In this document: positions 9,916 to 19,281 of the stretch, one piece after another
How the letters are laid out: each line of letters begins with the position of its first letter
Numbering within the stretch: the stretch's first letter is position 1
NCBI GenBank assembly: GCA_902773095.1
Contig: CACYDA010000170.1
Coordinates: forward strand, 1-48,554
Length of the DNA stretch: 48,554 bases
Reading direction: 5' to 3'
Origin: an uncultured Lachnospiraceae bacterium
Lineage (GTDB): Bacteria > Bacillota > Clostridia > Lachnospirales > Lachnospiraceae
Position numbers and translations under genes: made by a program
The notes under the pieces: generated by a model
Told to the model about the DNA's origin: nothing
Seen by the model: the letters and a program-made list of their open reading frames with translations, nothing else
Databases searched by the model: none

Positions 9916-10410
9916 TTACGAACCTATTTTTCCATTTGCCAATTTTTCTGACAGATATGGTGTAGTGAGTTCTCTTGAAAAAATATACATATTTTCATCA
10001 GATTCTCCCTTCTTACATTCCAGACTCTGCAGAATATGAACTGTTTTTGCATTAATGATTTTCATCAAATCGGTATCTTCTTTGTAATCATGTACAACCA
10101 TATACGGTCTTGGATGGAAATTATATGTGTAATGATTATCCAGTGTCAACCAGATAAAACCGCCGATAATAATATCTTCAAGCATATTATTGGCACAAGG
10201 ATCCAGATCTTTTGGGTCAAACATATCAAAGGACATTCTGATATGCTTTGCCAGTTTTGAATAATTCGGGTCATGGTTAAATCTCATTGCGCCAATCAGT
10301 TGTCTTGTCGATCTGTTATAGATGTTAAGGTAAATCGTCGGCACATTATGATTATCCTTTCTGTCAATCTCCTGCACTGTAAAAAACACATTTCCTAAAT
10401 GTTGTAACAT
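9916..10410 (-). CDS. Hypothetical protein (164 aa)
   Basis: Strong SD AGGAGG; 17 bp downstream of the GlmU-like gene; no family recognised. Confidence 0.7.
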   Translation of the reverse strand: MLQHLGNVFFTVQEIDRKDNHNVPTIYLNIYNRSTRQLIGAMRFNHDPNYSKLAKHIRMSFDMFDPKDLDPCANNMLEDIIIGGFIWLTLDNHYTYNFHPRPYMVVHDYKEDTDLMKIINAKTVHILQSLECKKGESDENMYIFSRELTTPYLSEKLANGKIGS

Positions 10411-10427
10411 TAAAACTACCTCCTTTT

Positions 10428-11135
10428 TTATTGTTTTTCTACAATTTCTAAAGCATTTTTATAAATAGAATTTTCAGGCACGTATCCTCTTACCATAGAA
10501 AGAGGATACACATTGGAATTCTTTCCGATTACGGTTCCGGGATTCAGAACACTGTTGCATCCGATCTCAACATTGCTGCCAAGAATTGCCCCCAGTTTTT
10601 TAAGCCCTGTCTCAATTTTTTCACCATTTACTTTAACGGACACAAGCGATTTATCTGATTTCAGATTGGATGTGATCGAGCCGGCACCCATATGAGATTT
10701 GTAGGATAAAATGGAATTACCTACATAATTGTAATGTGGTGTCTGGACATGATTAAACAGAATACTGCTTTTAATCTCTGTCGAATTTCCAACCACAGTA
10801 TTTTTACCAATTACAGCAGAACCTCTGATAAAGGCACAATGTCTGATTTCGGCATTTTCATCCACAATTAACGGTCCGTTTAATAGAGCTGTCGGTGCCA
10901 CCTTTGCAGATTTTGCAACCCATATATTCTCTCCCCTGTACTCAAAAACTTCTTCTGAAAGTGTTTTCCCAAGAGCAATAATCTTCTCATCAAGTGTTTC
11001 AAACACTTCCCATGGATAACTAAGTCCCTCAAAAAAAACTTTCGCAATTGTCTCATCTAACTGTAATAAAGATGAAATCTTCAATTCACTCATTTCTTGA
11101 TTCAATCCTTCCATATTCATCTTCCATTCTTCCAT
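10428..11135 (-). CDS. GlmU-like hexapeptide-repeat acetyltransferase (no N-terminal uridyltransferase domain)
   Basis: IRHCAFIRGS..IG...VVGNSTEIK, HYNYVG.S, GAGSITSN, GCNSVLNPG; directly downstream of glmS. True start may be 11120 or 11093. Confidence 0.8.
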   Translation of the reverse strand: MEEWKMNMEGLNQEMSELKISSLLQLDETIAKVFFEGLSYPWEVFETLDEKIIALGKTLSEEVFEYRGENIWVAKSAKVAPTALLNGPLIVDENAEIRHCAFIRGSAVIGKNTVVGNSTEIKSSILFNHVQTPHYNYVGNSILSYKSHMGAGSITSNLKSDKSLVSVKVNGEKIETGLKKLGAILGSNVEIGCNSVLNPGTVIGKNSNVYPLSMVRGYVPENSIYKNALEIVEKQ

Positions 11136-11172
11136 ATTTTTATGATATCACTTATGACCCCAACATCACATT

Positions 11173-12993
11173 TTATTCGACTGTAACAGACTTTGCAAGA
11201 TTTCTTGGCTGGTCTACATCGCATCCTTTGAGAACTGCCGTATAATATGCGATATACTGCATAGGAATCGCTGCAAGCATTGGCATAAGCATATCTTCCA
11301 TCTTTGGAATCTGAATCAGATGATTGGCAGCATCTTTTCCAATCTCTACATCATCCGTGCAGATTACTACCACTTTTGCCCCTCTCGCTTTTACTTCTTT
11401 CACATTGCTAATCGTCTTTTCGAGCAGACTGCTCTGTGTGGCAACTGCAATCACAGGCATTTCATCTGTCACTAGTGAAATCGTTCCATGCTTTAACTCA
11501 CCTGCTGCATAAGATTCTGAATGTATGTAAGAAATCTCTTTCAGCTTCAAAGAACCTTCCATACTGAGGGCATAATCAAGACCTCTTCCTATGTACAAAA
11601 GACTTTCTGCATTGATCAGTCTTGATGCGATGAACTGGCATCTCTCTTTCAGCTCAAGAACTTCATTTAATCGTTCAGGAATATCCGATAAACTCTTCGT
11701 AAGCTCCATGCATCTTTCTTTGCTGATTGCTCCCTTCGCATAGGCAAGTTCAAATGCAAGCAGATACATGACACTTAACTGCACACTATAAGCCTTTGTG
11801 GAAGCGACAGAAATCTCCGGACCTGCATGTGTGTAGATCACAACATCTGCCTCCCTTGCAATCCTTGAGCCTTTGACATTGACAATAGCAAGTGTAGTGG
11901 CACCTCTCTCCTTTGCCAATTCAAGCGCTGCAGCTGTATCGGCTGTCTCTCCTGACTGTGATACTAAAATCACCAAATCATCTTTCTCAATCAAAGGATC
12001 TCTATATCGGAACTCAGACGCAATATCCACAGTCACTTCTACTCTTGCGAGTTTTTCTATAATATATTTTCCAACGAGTCCTGCATGCATGGCGGTTCCA
12101 CATGCTACAACAAAGATCCTTCTGTAATTCTTAAGCATCTCCATCGTCAGTCCGCTCTCTTCAAGATATGGCATTCCATCCTGTATCCTTGGAGCAATGG
12201 TAGTCTTGATCGCCGTTGGCTGCTCATTGATTTCCTTCAGCATAAAATGCTCATATCCGCCTTTTTCAGCAGCATCCGCATCCCAGTCAGCCGTCAGAAT
12301 TTCTTTTTCAATTGTTTCTTCCTCTGTATTATAAATCTTAACTTCTTTTGCTGTAATCACCGCAATCTCACCATGCTCTAACAGATAGTAATCCTTGGTA
12401 TACTTTAAGATCGGCGTCATATCAGATGCTATAAAATTCTCATTTTTTCCAAGTCCCACGATCAAAGGGCTTTCTTTTCTGACAGCAAATATCGTATTCG
12501 GAAAATCACGAAAAAGAATACCAAGCGCATAAGAACCATTCACTTTATCAATCATCTTGCCGATTGTTTTAATCGGGTTTCCATCATAATAATAATCTAA
12601 CATCTTTGCTACAGTTTCTGTGTCAGTTTCACTCTCAAAACCATATCCCTGAGAAATCAAGAAATCCTTAATCTGCTTATAATTCTCAATAATTCCATTG
12701 TGAACAATGGTCACGCGTTTATTCCCATGAGGATGTGAATTGATATCAGATGGTTCACCATGGGTTGCCCAACGTGTGTGACCTATACCGCAATGACCAT
12801 GCGGCTTCTTGCCATTTTCCATCTTTTTTTCCAAATCCACCAGTTTTCCTTTGGATTTTTCAACAGCGATTTTTCCATTCTGAAATACGGCAATTCCTGC
12901 CGAATCATATCCTCTATATTCAAGTCGTTTAAGACCGTCCACCAATATGTCAGCACACTCTTGTTCTCCGACATATCCAACGATACCACACAT
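11173..12993 (-). CDS. glmS: Glutamine--fructose-6-phosphate aminotransferase
   Basis: MCGIVG, LEYRGYDSAG, GHTRWATHG, SQSGETAD, PRNLAKSVTVE. Confidence 0.98.
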   Translation of the reverse strand: MCGIVGYVGEQECADILVDGLKRLEYRGYDSAGIAVFQNGKIAVEKSKGKLVDLEKKMENGKKPHGHCGIGHTRWATHGEPSDINSHPHGNKRVTIVHNGIIENYKQIKDFLISQGYGFESETDTETVAKMLDYYYDGNPIKTIGKMIDKVNGSYALGILFRDFPNTIFAVRKESPLIVGLGKNENFIASDMTPILKYTKDYYLLEHGEIAVITAKEVKIYNTEEETIEKEILTADWDADAAEKGGYEHFMLKEINEQPTAIKTTIAPRIQDGMPYLEESGLTMEMLKNYRRIFVVACGTAMHAGLVGKYIIEKLARVEVTVDIASEFRYRDPLIEKDDLVILVSQSGETADTAAALELAKERGATTLAIVNVKGSRIAREADVVIYTHAGPEISVASTKAYSVQLSVMYLLAFELAYAKGAISKERCMELTKSLSDIPERLNEVLELKERCQFIASRLINAESLLYIGRGLDYALSMEGSLKLKEISYIHSESYAAGELKHGTISLVTDEMPVIAVATQSSLLEKTISNVKEVKARGAKVVVICTDDVEIGKDAANHLIQIPKMEDMLMPMLAAIPMQYIAYYTAVLKGCDVDQPRNLAKSVTVE

Positions 12994-13040
12994 AACGAAA
13001 TCCTCCTTTACCTAAAGCTTCTATTCATTTTTTAGATTTA

Positions 13041-15152
13041 TTATTTTGATTTAACATAGTTTTTTGCCACTTCGTCAAATCTTCGTTTCAATTCAACATG
13101 TTTGTCAGAATTCATCACAGCAATTGTTCTTCTGCTCACGAAACCTTCAAGCTTTTCCATATATTCATCCGATGTAATTTTCCCATCTGCCACATAGGTA
13201 AGTCCTTTTTCCCAACTTGCCGTAAGTTCCGGATTCAAAAGATGCGTAATAGAAACATCCACTACTTCAAAAACAAACTCTCCATACTGGGTAGGTGTAA
13301 TAATCTGTGTTGTTTTATTAAGCGAAAGATATTTGATATGAAATAGCTTTTTCAAAATCTCAGCTCTCGTGGCACTCGTTCCTATTCCACTGCCTTTCAT
13401 CTGTGCCCGAAGCTCCTCATCTTCAATAAGCTGCCCTGCACTCTCCATTGCAAGAATAATGGAACCCGAATTATATCTTTTTGGAGGTGAAGTTTTTCCC
13501 TCTTTTATATTTAATTCACTGCATATAAGTTTATCATTTTTCTTAATCTTTTTCAATATATTTATGGATTCCTCATCCAGCATTTTATCATTTATTCCCG
13601 CTTCATTTATGCTATTTCCACTATTCGGTTTTTCATTGTCTGATGTGTTTTTTTTGAATTGATCCTGTAGCTTTTCCTGACCATCGTTTTTATTCTTTAT
13701 AAAAGAATACTTTGAAACCTTAAGATAACCGTCATCAATTTTCACCTTAAACGACGCAAAAAAAGTTTCTTCAAAGTTTTGCCCGTCACTCTTTTCTGAT
13801 CTGACAGGCATCGTCAGTTTTAATCCAAGTTTTTGGTACCTCGCAGGAGGATAAAAAATAGCAACAAATCTTCTTGCGATTACCTCATAGACTTTTATAT
13901 GAAGCGGACTCATATTTTTCAATTGATTAAATCCCTGACCGGTTGGAATAATCGCATAATGGTCTGTAATCTGTTTATCATTCACATACCTTGTCTTTGC
14001 AATCTCCTTATACGACCCATTTTCAAGAATCTCCTTGCAGAAATCTGCCACATAGTTAAAGTGTAACAGACCATTTAAGTTTTTATCAATTTCCTTTGCA
14101 ACAGCACTAGATAACACTCTTGCGTCTGTTCTCGGATATGTCACTGCCTTTTTCTCATACAGTTCCTGAACGATTTTTAAAGTTTCATCCGGACTGATCT
14201 TAAATAGCTTTGAACATTCATTTTGTAATTCTGCAAGATTGTATAAAAGCGGCGGATTCTTCTTTTCAACTTTTTTCTCCACACTTTCTACCGTCATTTC
14301 ATTTCCCGCCTGTTTCAAAAGACGGATGAGTTCTTTTGCATGTTCTTCTTTTTTAAAACCATTCTCTTTATATAAATATGGCGATTCAAAATATTTAGAC
14401 TTATTATTTACACGCCATTCTGCATCGAATCCAAAGGAATCTGAGCATTTCACTCCCGCAATTACCCTATAAAATGACGTCTCCACAAAGGAACGGATTT
14501 CCCTTTCTCTCCTGACAACCATACCCAGTACGCACGTCATCACTCTTCCGACGGATAGTACTGATTTATCATTTCTTAAATAATTTGATATATGGTTTCC
14601 ATATCTGAGTGTAAGCACTCTGGAAAAATTAATTCCCATCAAATAATCTTCCTTTGCCCTTAAGTAAGCTGCATCCGATAAATGATCATACTCTGATAAA
14701 TCTTTCGCAGTCTTAATTCCTTTTAATATTTCCTCTTCTGTCTGTGAATCAATCCATACCCTCTTTCTGTTTTTCCCCTTCACTCCTGCCATCTGTTCCA
14801 CAAGTCTGTAAATATATTCTCCCTCACGTCCTGAGTCGGTACAGACATAAATCGTATCCACATCACTTCTGTTCAGTATTTTTTTGACAATTCCAAACTG
14901 TTTTTTGACGTTATCGATTACCTCATACTTCCACTCCTTTGGCAAAAATGGCAGAGTAGAAAAACTCCATCTTTTCAATGCCGGATCATACACCTCGGGA
15001 TAACTCATTGTCACTAAGTGTCCAACGCACCATGTCACAATTCCTTTGTCATTTTCTATATATCCATCAGTCTGTTTTCCGGATATCCCCAGTGCTTTAG
15101 CAAATTCCCTTGCCACACTCGGCTTTTCCGCAATATATACTGATTTTCCCAT
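13041..15152 (-). CDS. topB: Type IA DNA topoisomerase III
   Basis: IAEKPS Toprim, TWCVGHL, TDSGREGE, SVGRVMT, TYPRTD active tyrosine, DHYAIIPT, GIGT.ATRA.I. Confidence 0.9.
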   Translation of the reverse strand: MGKSVYIAEKPSVAREFAKALGISGKQTDGYIENDKGIVTWCVGHLVTMSYPEVYDPALKRWSFSTLPFLPKEWKYEVIDNVKKQFGIVKKILNRSDVDTIYVCTDSGREGEYIYRLVEQMAGVKGKNRKRVWIDSQTEEEILKGIKTAKDLSEYDHLSDAAYLRAKEDYLMGINFSRVLTLRYGNHISNYLRNDKSVLSVGRVMTCVLGMVVRREREIRSFVETSFYRVIAGVKCSDSFGFDAEWRVNNKSKYFESPYLYKENGFKKEEHAKELIRLLKQAGNEMTVESVEKKVEKKNPPLLYNLAELQNECSKLFKISPDETLKIVQELYEKKAVTYPRTDARVLSSAVAKEIDKNLNGLLHFNYVADFCKEILENGSYKEIAKTRYVNDKQITDHYAIIPTGQGFNQLKNMSPLHIKVYEVIARRFVAIFYPPARYQKLGLKLTMPVRSEKSDGQNFEETFFASFKVKIDDGYLKVSKYSFIKNKNDGQEKLQDQFKKNTSDNEKPNSGNSINEAGINDKMLDEESINILKKIKKNDKLICSELNIKEGKTSPPKRYNSGSIILAMESAGQLIEDEELRAQMKGSGIGTSATRAEILKKLFHIKYLSLNKTTQIITPTQYGEFVFEVVDVSITHLLNPELTASWEKGLTYVADGKITSDEYMEKLEGFVSRRTIAVMNSDKHVELKRRFDEVAKNYVKSK

Positions 15153-15191
15153 ATATTCAACTCTCTTTCTAAAAAATTCTATTGATTTGCA

Positions 15192-15782
15192 TTATGCCTG
15201 TTCATCTAATGTCAGACCATATGCTTCCAAGAAATGCTCCATAAAATAATCTGCCTCTTTGCATCCAAGCTTTTTGATGGCAATCATTGTCGCTTTCTCT
15301 GCCTCTAAAAAATCCTGGTTTCCCATCTTTTTTTCCTCTACACACTTAATCAGAGCAGATAATTTATCTGCTGCTTTTACAAGAATCCTGTATTCATCTT
15401 CAATTTCATTTTCTTTTAATATCTCAGAATAGATGTCCCGCATCTTTTCCGGAAGTGAATACAGAAGTTTCCTAATGGCCGCCGCTTCCACTGCATCATA
15501 GGACTCCTTTATTTCAGGAGCAAAGTATTTGACCGGAGTCGGAAGATCCCCTGTAATAATCTCCGGAACATCATGATACATTGCATAAACAGCCACCCGG
15601 TCCGGGTTAAGATCTCCTTCAAAATATACATTATTAATCACAGCCAGGGCATGTGCGATCATCCCTGTTTCAAGACTGTGTTCTGCGATATTCTCCTGAA
15701 TCGTATTTCTCATAAGCCCCCATCTGTTAATATATTTCATACGCGACAGCATGGCAAAAAATTTGTTTTCTTTTTCACTCAT
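15192..15782 (-). CDS. yfbR: HD-domain 5'-deoxynucleotidase (YfbR-like)
   Basis: RMKYINRW.LMRN...ENIAEHS, YHD..EIITGDLPTPVKY, ADKLSA..KC.EE. Start moved to ATG 15782 (SD AAGGG). Confidence 0.9.
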   Translation of the reverse strand: MSEKENKFFAMLSRMKYINRWGLMRNTIQENIAEHSLETGMIAHALAVINNVYFEGDLNPDRVAVYAMYHDVPEIITGDLPTPVKYFAPEIKESYDAVEAAAIRKLLYSLPEKMRDIYSEILKENEIEDEYRILVKAADKLSALIKCVEEKKMGNQDFLEAEKATMIAIKKLGCKEADYFMEHFLEAYGLTLDEQA

Positions 15783-15893
15783 TATTGTTTCCCTTTCTGT
15801 TAACGATGTTCTTATTGATACCTTCAAAAACTTGTTAAATTATATCATTTTAAGGAAAAGTTATCAACCGGTTATCCAATAAAGGTTTGGAGC

Positions 15894-15953
15894 AAAATAA
15901 AATAACCTCACAGGTTGATTTTTCAATCATCACCTGTGAGATTATTTTATTTT
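15894..15953 (-). terminator. Intrinsic terminator ending the TCS-VTC gene run
   Basis: CTCACAGGT / ACCTGTGAG stem extended by A/T tracts. Confidence 0.75.
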
Positions 15954-15981
15954 CATCAATAATGTTTTGAATCTTATTCTT

Positions 15982-17799
15982 TTATTGGCCTCTGCCACCC
16001 ACTTGTCCGTGGCCTCCCATGTTGCCGTTTTCACCGCCAAAGCCCATACCGCTCACTTCACTATAGTACAAACTTGAAGTAAAATCTGCAGCAGCTGTGT
16101 TAGAACCTGCTGATATGGTATAGGAACTTCCCTGTTTTAGATCTGGAGATGAGTATACAACACATTCAAAATTCTTAGAAGTCGTAAAACTGAACCCTGA
16201 TCCATCTTCAGCCTTGATTTCAGTTCCACTGGTTCCTGAAAGTCTGACAAGCGCTGAACATTGTGTTCCATCATTAAAGTTGACTGCCATACCTGATGAA
16301 CCAATGGCCAATACAACACCACCTGTAATACTTGCTACACAGTCAGAGCTATCACCGATATCAAGTGCACCATTATCATTTCCGGTAGGACCTTCAACGA
16401 TTGTAACACCACCTGTAATATAGATAGAACCATTAGAATCCAGCCCGTCTCCTGTTGAATTGACATACAGATTTCCACCGCTGATCGTAAGAGAGGCATC
16501 TGTGGAAGCACCGCCCCAAGGACCTGCTTCATTGGAACCGGAATCGGAACCTCCTGCCGTGTTAATACCATCATCACTGGCAACTACGCTGATGTTTCCA
16601 CCACTAATCTCAACGTAGTTTGCTTCAAGTCCTTCATAAGATTTTGTAATATTCACTTCTCCATCAGCAATCTTCAAGTAAGAATTAGCAGAAATACCAT
16701 CATCACTTGTCGAAAGATTAATTGTACCGGAAGTAATATTGACATCCGCATTTCCATGAATTGCATCATCTGCACTCGATACCGAAACCTGTGCACCGGC
16801 CATTTCTATATTTCCATCACATTTGATTCCTTTCTGTGATGTTGAATCATTCTTGGAATTACCGGAACCGCCACCTGATGTGATCTCAACTGTACCACTT
16901 GCCAGTTTGATAAAACCTGTAAATACATCGGTATTTTCACCGATCACAGCAATTCCATCATATCCGGCATTAATTGTCATGTTCGCATCCTGCGAATACA
17001 AAAAGCTGTCACCTGAATCATTTGTCACCTGGATTCCATCATGTCCTGAATTGATAGTAAGAGCTCCTCCTCCAATTCTTAACGAATCCGAAGACTTAAT
17101 TCCAATGGAATCTGCATTAATGGTAATCGATGAACCTGTAATCTTCATATCATCCTTGCAGACAATACCATGAAGAGATGAGTTAATATTCATACTGCCT
17201 GTTCCATTCACTGTTATATCATCTTTTGCAAAAATAGCGCCATCTACACCTGAATCAGAGGAAGCACCGGTAAAAGTAAGATGATTTTCACCTACACTCT
17301 GTATGACAAGTTTGTCACAGGCTTCCACATCAATACATGCCAGATACGAATTTGTCATCTCGACATTGTCAAGGACAAGGTAAATATTTCCTGACTTATT
17401 ATCATCATTAATCACGATTGACACATCTTGTGATGAACCTGTTACTCTGTAAGTCCCCTTTGATGTAATTGTCACTACACTACCGGAACTTCCTCTTGAA
17501 GTATCGGAAATTGTACCCTCATTTCCGGATAACGTAATGGTTGCATTCGGTTCTTCCGATTCCACATCTTTAAAATCTCCATCTGCAAAATACTCCGATG
17601 CATCATCAGTATTCGTTTCAGTATTGCTGCTACTCTGACCTGTGGAATTACCGGAATTGTTTGTTGATGATACGTTCGAATCATTTGAAGAAGTGCTGCC
17701 ATCTGAGCTGCCACTCTTTCCACATGCACTACATCCCACCGCCATCGCAACAGTTAAAGCAATCGCTAACACTTTATTAGTTATGACTTTTTTTCTCAT
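15982..17799 (-). CDS. Cthe_2159/DUF4353-like beta-helix lipoprotein
   Basis: Signal peptide ending CSAC (lipobox-like), Ser/Thr/Asn linker, repeated I.GG.I.I.S.DDG[IL] beta-helix units, GDGLDSNG, NGALD, Gly-rich tail. Confidence 0.8.
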   Translation of the reverse strand: MRKKVITNKVLAIALTVAMAVGCSACGKSGSSDGSTSSNDSNVSSTNNSGNSTGQSSSNTETNTDDASEYFADGDFKDVESEEPNATITLSGNEGTISDTSRGSSGSVVTITSKGTYRVTGSSQDVSIVINDDNKSGNIYLVLDNVEMTNSYLACIDVEACDKLVIQSVGENHLTFTGASSDSGVDGAIFAKDDITVNGTGSMNINSSLHGIVCKDDMKITGSSITINADSIGIKSSDSLRIGGGALTINSGHDGIQVTNDSGDSFLYSQDANMTINAGYDGIAVIGENTDVFTGFIKLASGTVEITSGGGSGNSKNDSTSQKGIKCDGNIEMAGAQVSVSSADDAIHGNADVNITSGTINLSTSDDGISANSYLKIADGEVNITKSYEGLEANYVEISGGNISVVASDDGINTAGGSDSGSNEAGPWGGASTDASLTISGGNLYVNSTGDGLDSNGSIYITGGVTIVEGPTGNDNGALDIGDSSDCVASITGGVVLAIGSSGMAVNFNDGTQCSALVRLSGTSGTEIKAEDGSGFSFTTSKNFECVVYSSPDLKQGSSYTISAGSNTAAADFTSSLYYSEVSGMGFGGENGNMGGHGQVGGRGQ

Positions 17800-17857
17800 T
17801 ATTTCTGTCCTCCTATCTTCTTTCCATTATTCAAAACGCTTGGACTGTTTGCCTTTT

Positions 17858-18529
17858 TTAAAGCTGGTTTGTATCTTCCACATACGGAAGGATTGATATC
17901 TCAAGATTTCCATTTTTCGTTCTAAGCTCATCGATGAAAGCTTTCTCTTCGTTTTGCTCTTTCATCTGAATCTTGTAAGAAAGTCTGAACATAGAACCCA
18001 TACCCGTTGTCTTTACTCCTGTACTTTCATACGATTTAAGATAATGTGCAAAGATGTCATTGAATGCATCCGAATACTCTAACGATTCCGGTATTGTAAT
18101 CTTTAGCAGTTTATCCTGCGCCATTCCTTTGTGCTCAAAAATTGGAACTACGGATAATAGTGTGAAAATCACTGCCAGACAGATTAATATGATGACACCA
18201 TAACCAAGATATCCCATACCAAACGCAATTCCGGAACTCATAGCAACTAAAATAGCTGCAATCTCATCAGAACTTCCCTGTGCACTTCGAAAACGAATCA
18301 ATCCAAACGCTCCACCGATTGCAACTCCTGCTCCGATATTACCGTTGACAAATGTGATCACAGCAGCCACAACAAACGGAATAATGGCTACAACGGTAAA
18401 AAACCTTTTCTTTGAAATAATTCTAAAAGACATTAGCCATGCATAAATAAAACCCGAAACTAACGCTACCCCTGCCATGGCAAAAAACTGTGATGGCGTT
18501 ACTATTGCTGAATAAATTGAATCAAACAT
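17858..18529 (-). CDS. DUF4956 family membrane protein
   Basis: 4-5 TM segments, VNGNIGAGVAIGGAFGLIRFRS, C-terminal ACT-like domain (LKITIPESLEY...DELRTKNGNLEI). Confidence 0.85.
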   Translation of the reverse strand: MFDSIYSAIVTPSQFFAMAGVALVSGFIYAWLMSFRIISKKRFFTVVAIIPFVVAAVITFVNGNIGAGVAIGGAFGLIRFRSAQGSSDEIAAILVAMSSGIAFGMGYLGYGVIILICLAVIFTLLSVVPIFEHKGMAQDKLLKITIPESLEYSDAFNDIFAHYLKSYESTGVKTTGMGSMFRLSYKIQMKEQNEEKAFIDELRTKNGNLEISILPYVEDTNQL

Positions 18530-18559
18530 AATCTTCTTTTCCTTTCCAATATACTTTTT

Positions 18560-19264
18560 TTATGTACCCAGAAGCTGCTTTTTATATGCTGCGCCAACCT
18601 TAGAAAAACTTGTCTTATAAATTTTTCCTTCTGTTAAAATCTTTGTCAGCCAAAGCGGCATTGCTTCCTGTACCTTAACTTCCAGGATCGTATATCCCTC
18701 ATCAAGCAATGAGATCCCTTCCATGGAATATGTCAAATCCAGATGTTCCATACGGTATCTGGGATTGTGGTCAATCGTCAGTCTCAAATCTCCACCAGGT
18801 TCATAATAAGCGATTCGATCATAAATAATAATGGAAGCAGGTGACAGCTCAGGATAATAATCCCTAAAAGTGGTGATTTCTCTGTTAATCTGTCCCCCTG
18901 CACAAATATCACCTTCTCCGTCAAAAAACTTCTTCACTAACGGAATCGTTGACTGAACTCTTCTTTTATAAACGATTCCATATGCTTTTCGTTTCAGTTC
19001 CAAAAAAACCGGTGAATCTTCTGAAGCAAGTCCATAGGAACGAAGTCGAATTTTTTCTTTGAACAATGGTTTTTCAATAGAAGTCCTGATCAATTGAAAA
19101 TTCGCAGTATCATAATATATGGAAGCAATCGAAGAGAGACCATACGCATCTTCCTTCATATGTCCTTCTATACTCTTTTTGAAATACTCTGTCTGCTTAG
19201 GACTTAAAATATACTTAAGTTCGTACCTTTTCATTACAACAATTGGTCCTGTGGAAGCTCCCAT
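18560..19264 (-). CDS. VTC (polyphosphate polymerase) domain protein, CYTH/TTM fold
   Basis: KRYELKY, SIYYDT, KEKIRLRSY, FLELKRK, VYKRR, YDRIAY, LRLTID, ILEVK, SFSK. Confidence 0.88.
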   Translation of the reverse strand: MGASTGPIVVMKRYELKYILSPKQTEYFKKSIEGHMKEDAYGLSSIASIYYDTANFQLIRTSIEKPLFKEKIRLRSYGLASEDSPVFLELKRKAYGIVYKRRVQSTIPLVKKFFDGEGDICAGGQINREITTFRDYYPELSPASIIIYDRIAYYEPGGDLRLTIDHNPRYRMEHLDLTYSMEGISLLDEGYTILEVKVQEAMPLWLTKILTEGKIYKTSFSKVGAAYKKQLLGT

Positions 19265-19281
19265 AAAATCACCTCCTATCT

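Noticed and set aside
12994-13040. glmS ribozyme expected upstream of glmS in Firmicutes
   Set aside because: Only 47 bp separate topB and glmS, and no ribozyme core sequence is present.
14409-14418. TACACGCC resembling the repeat's 5' end
   Set aside because: Inside topB coding sequence, not after a terminator, and with no further similarity; a chance match.
13041-15152. topB as a marker of a conjugative element
   Set aside because: It sits among housekeeping genes (yfbR, glmS) with no relaxase, T4SS, integrase or compositional shift.
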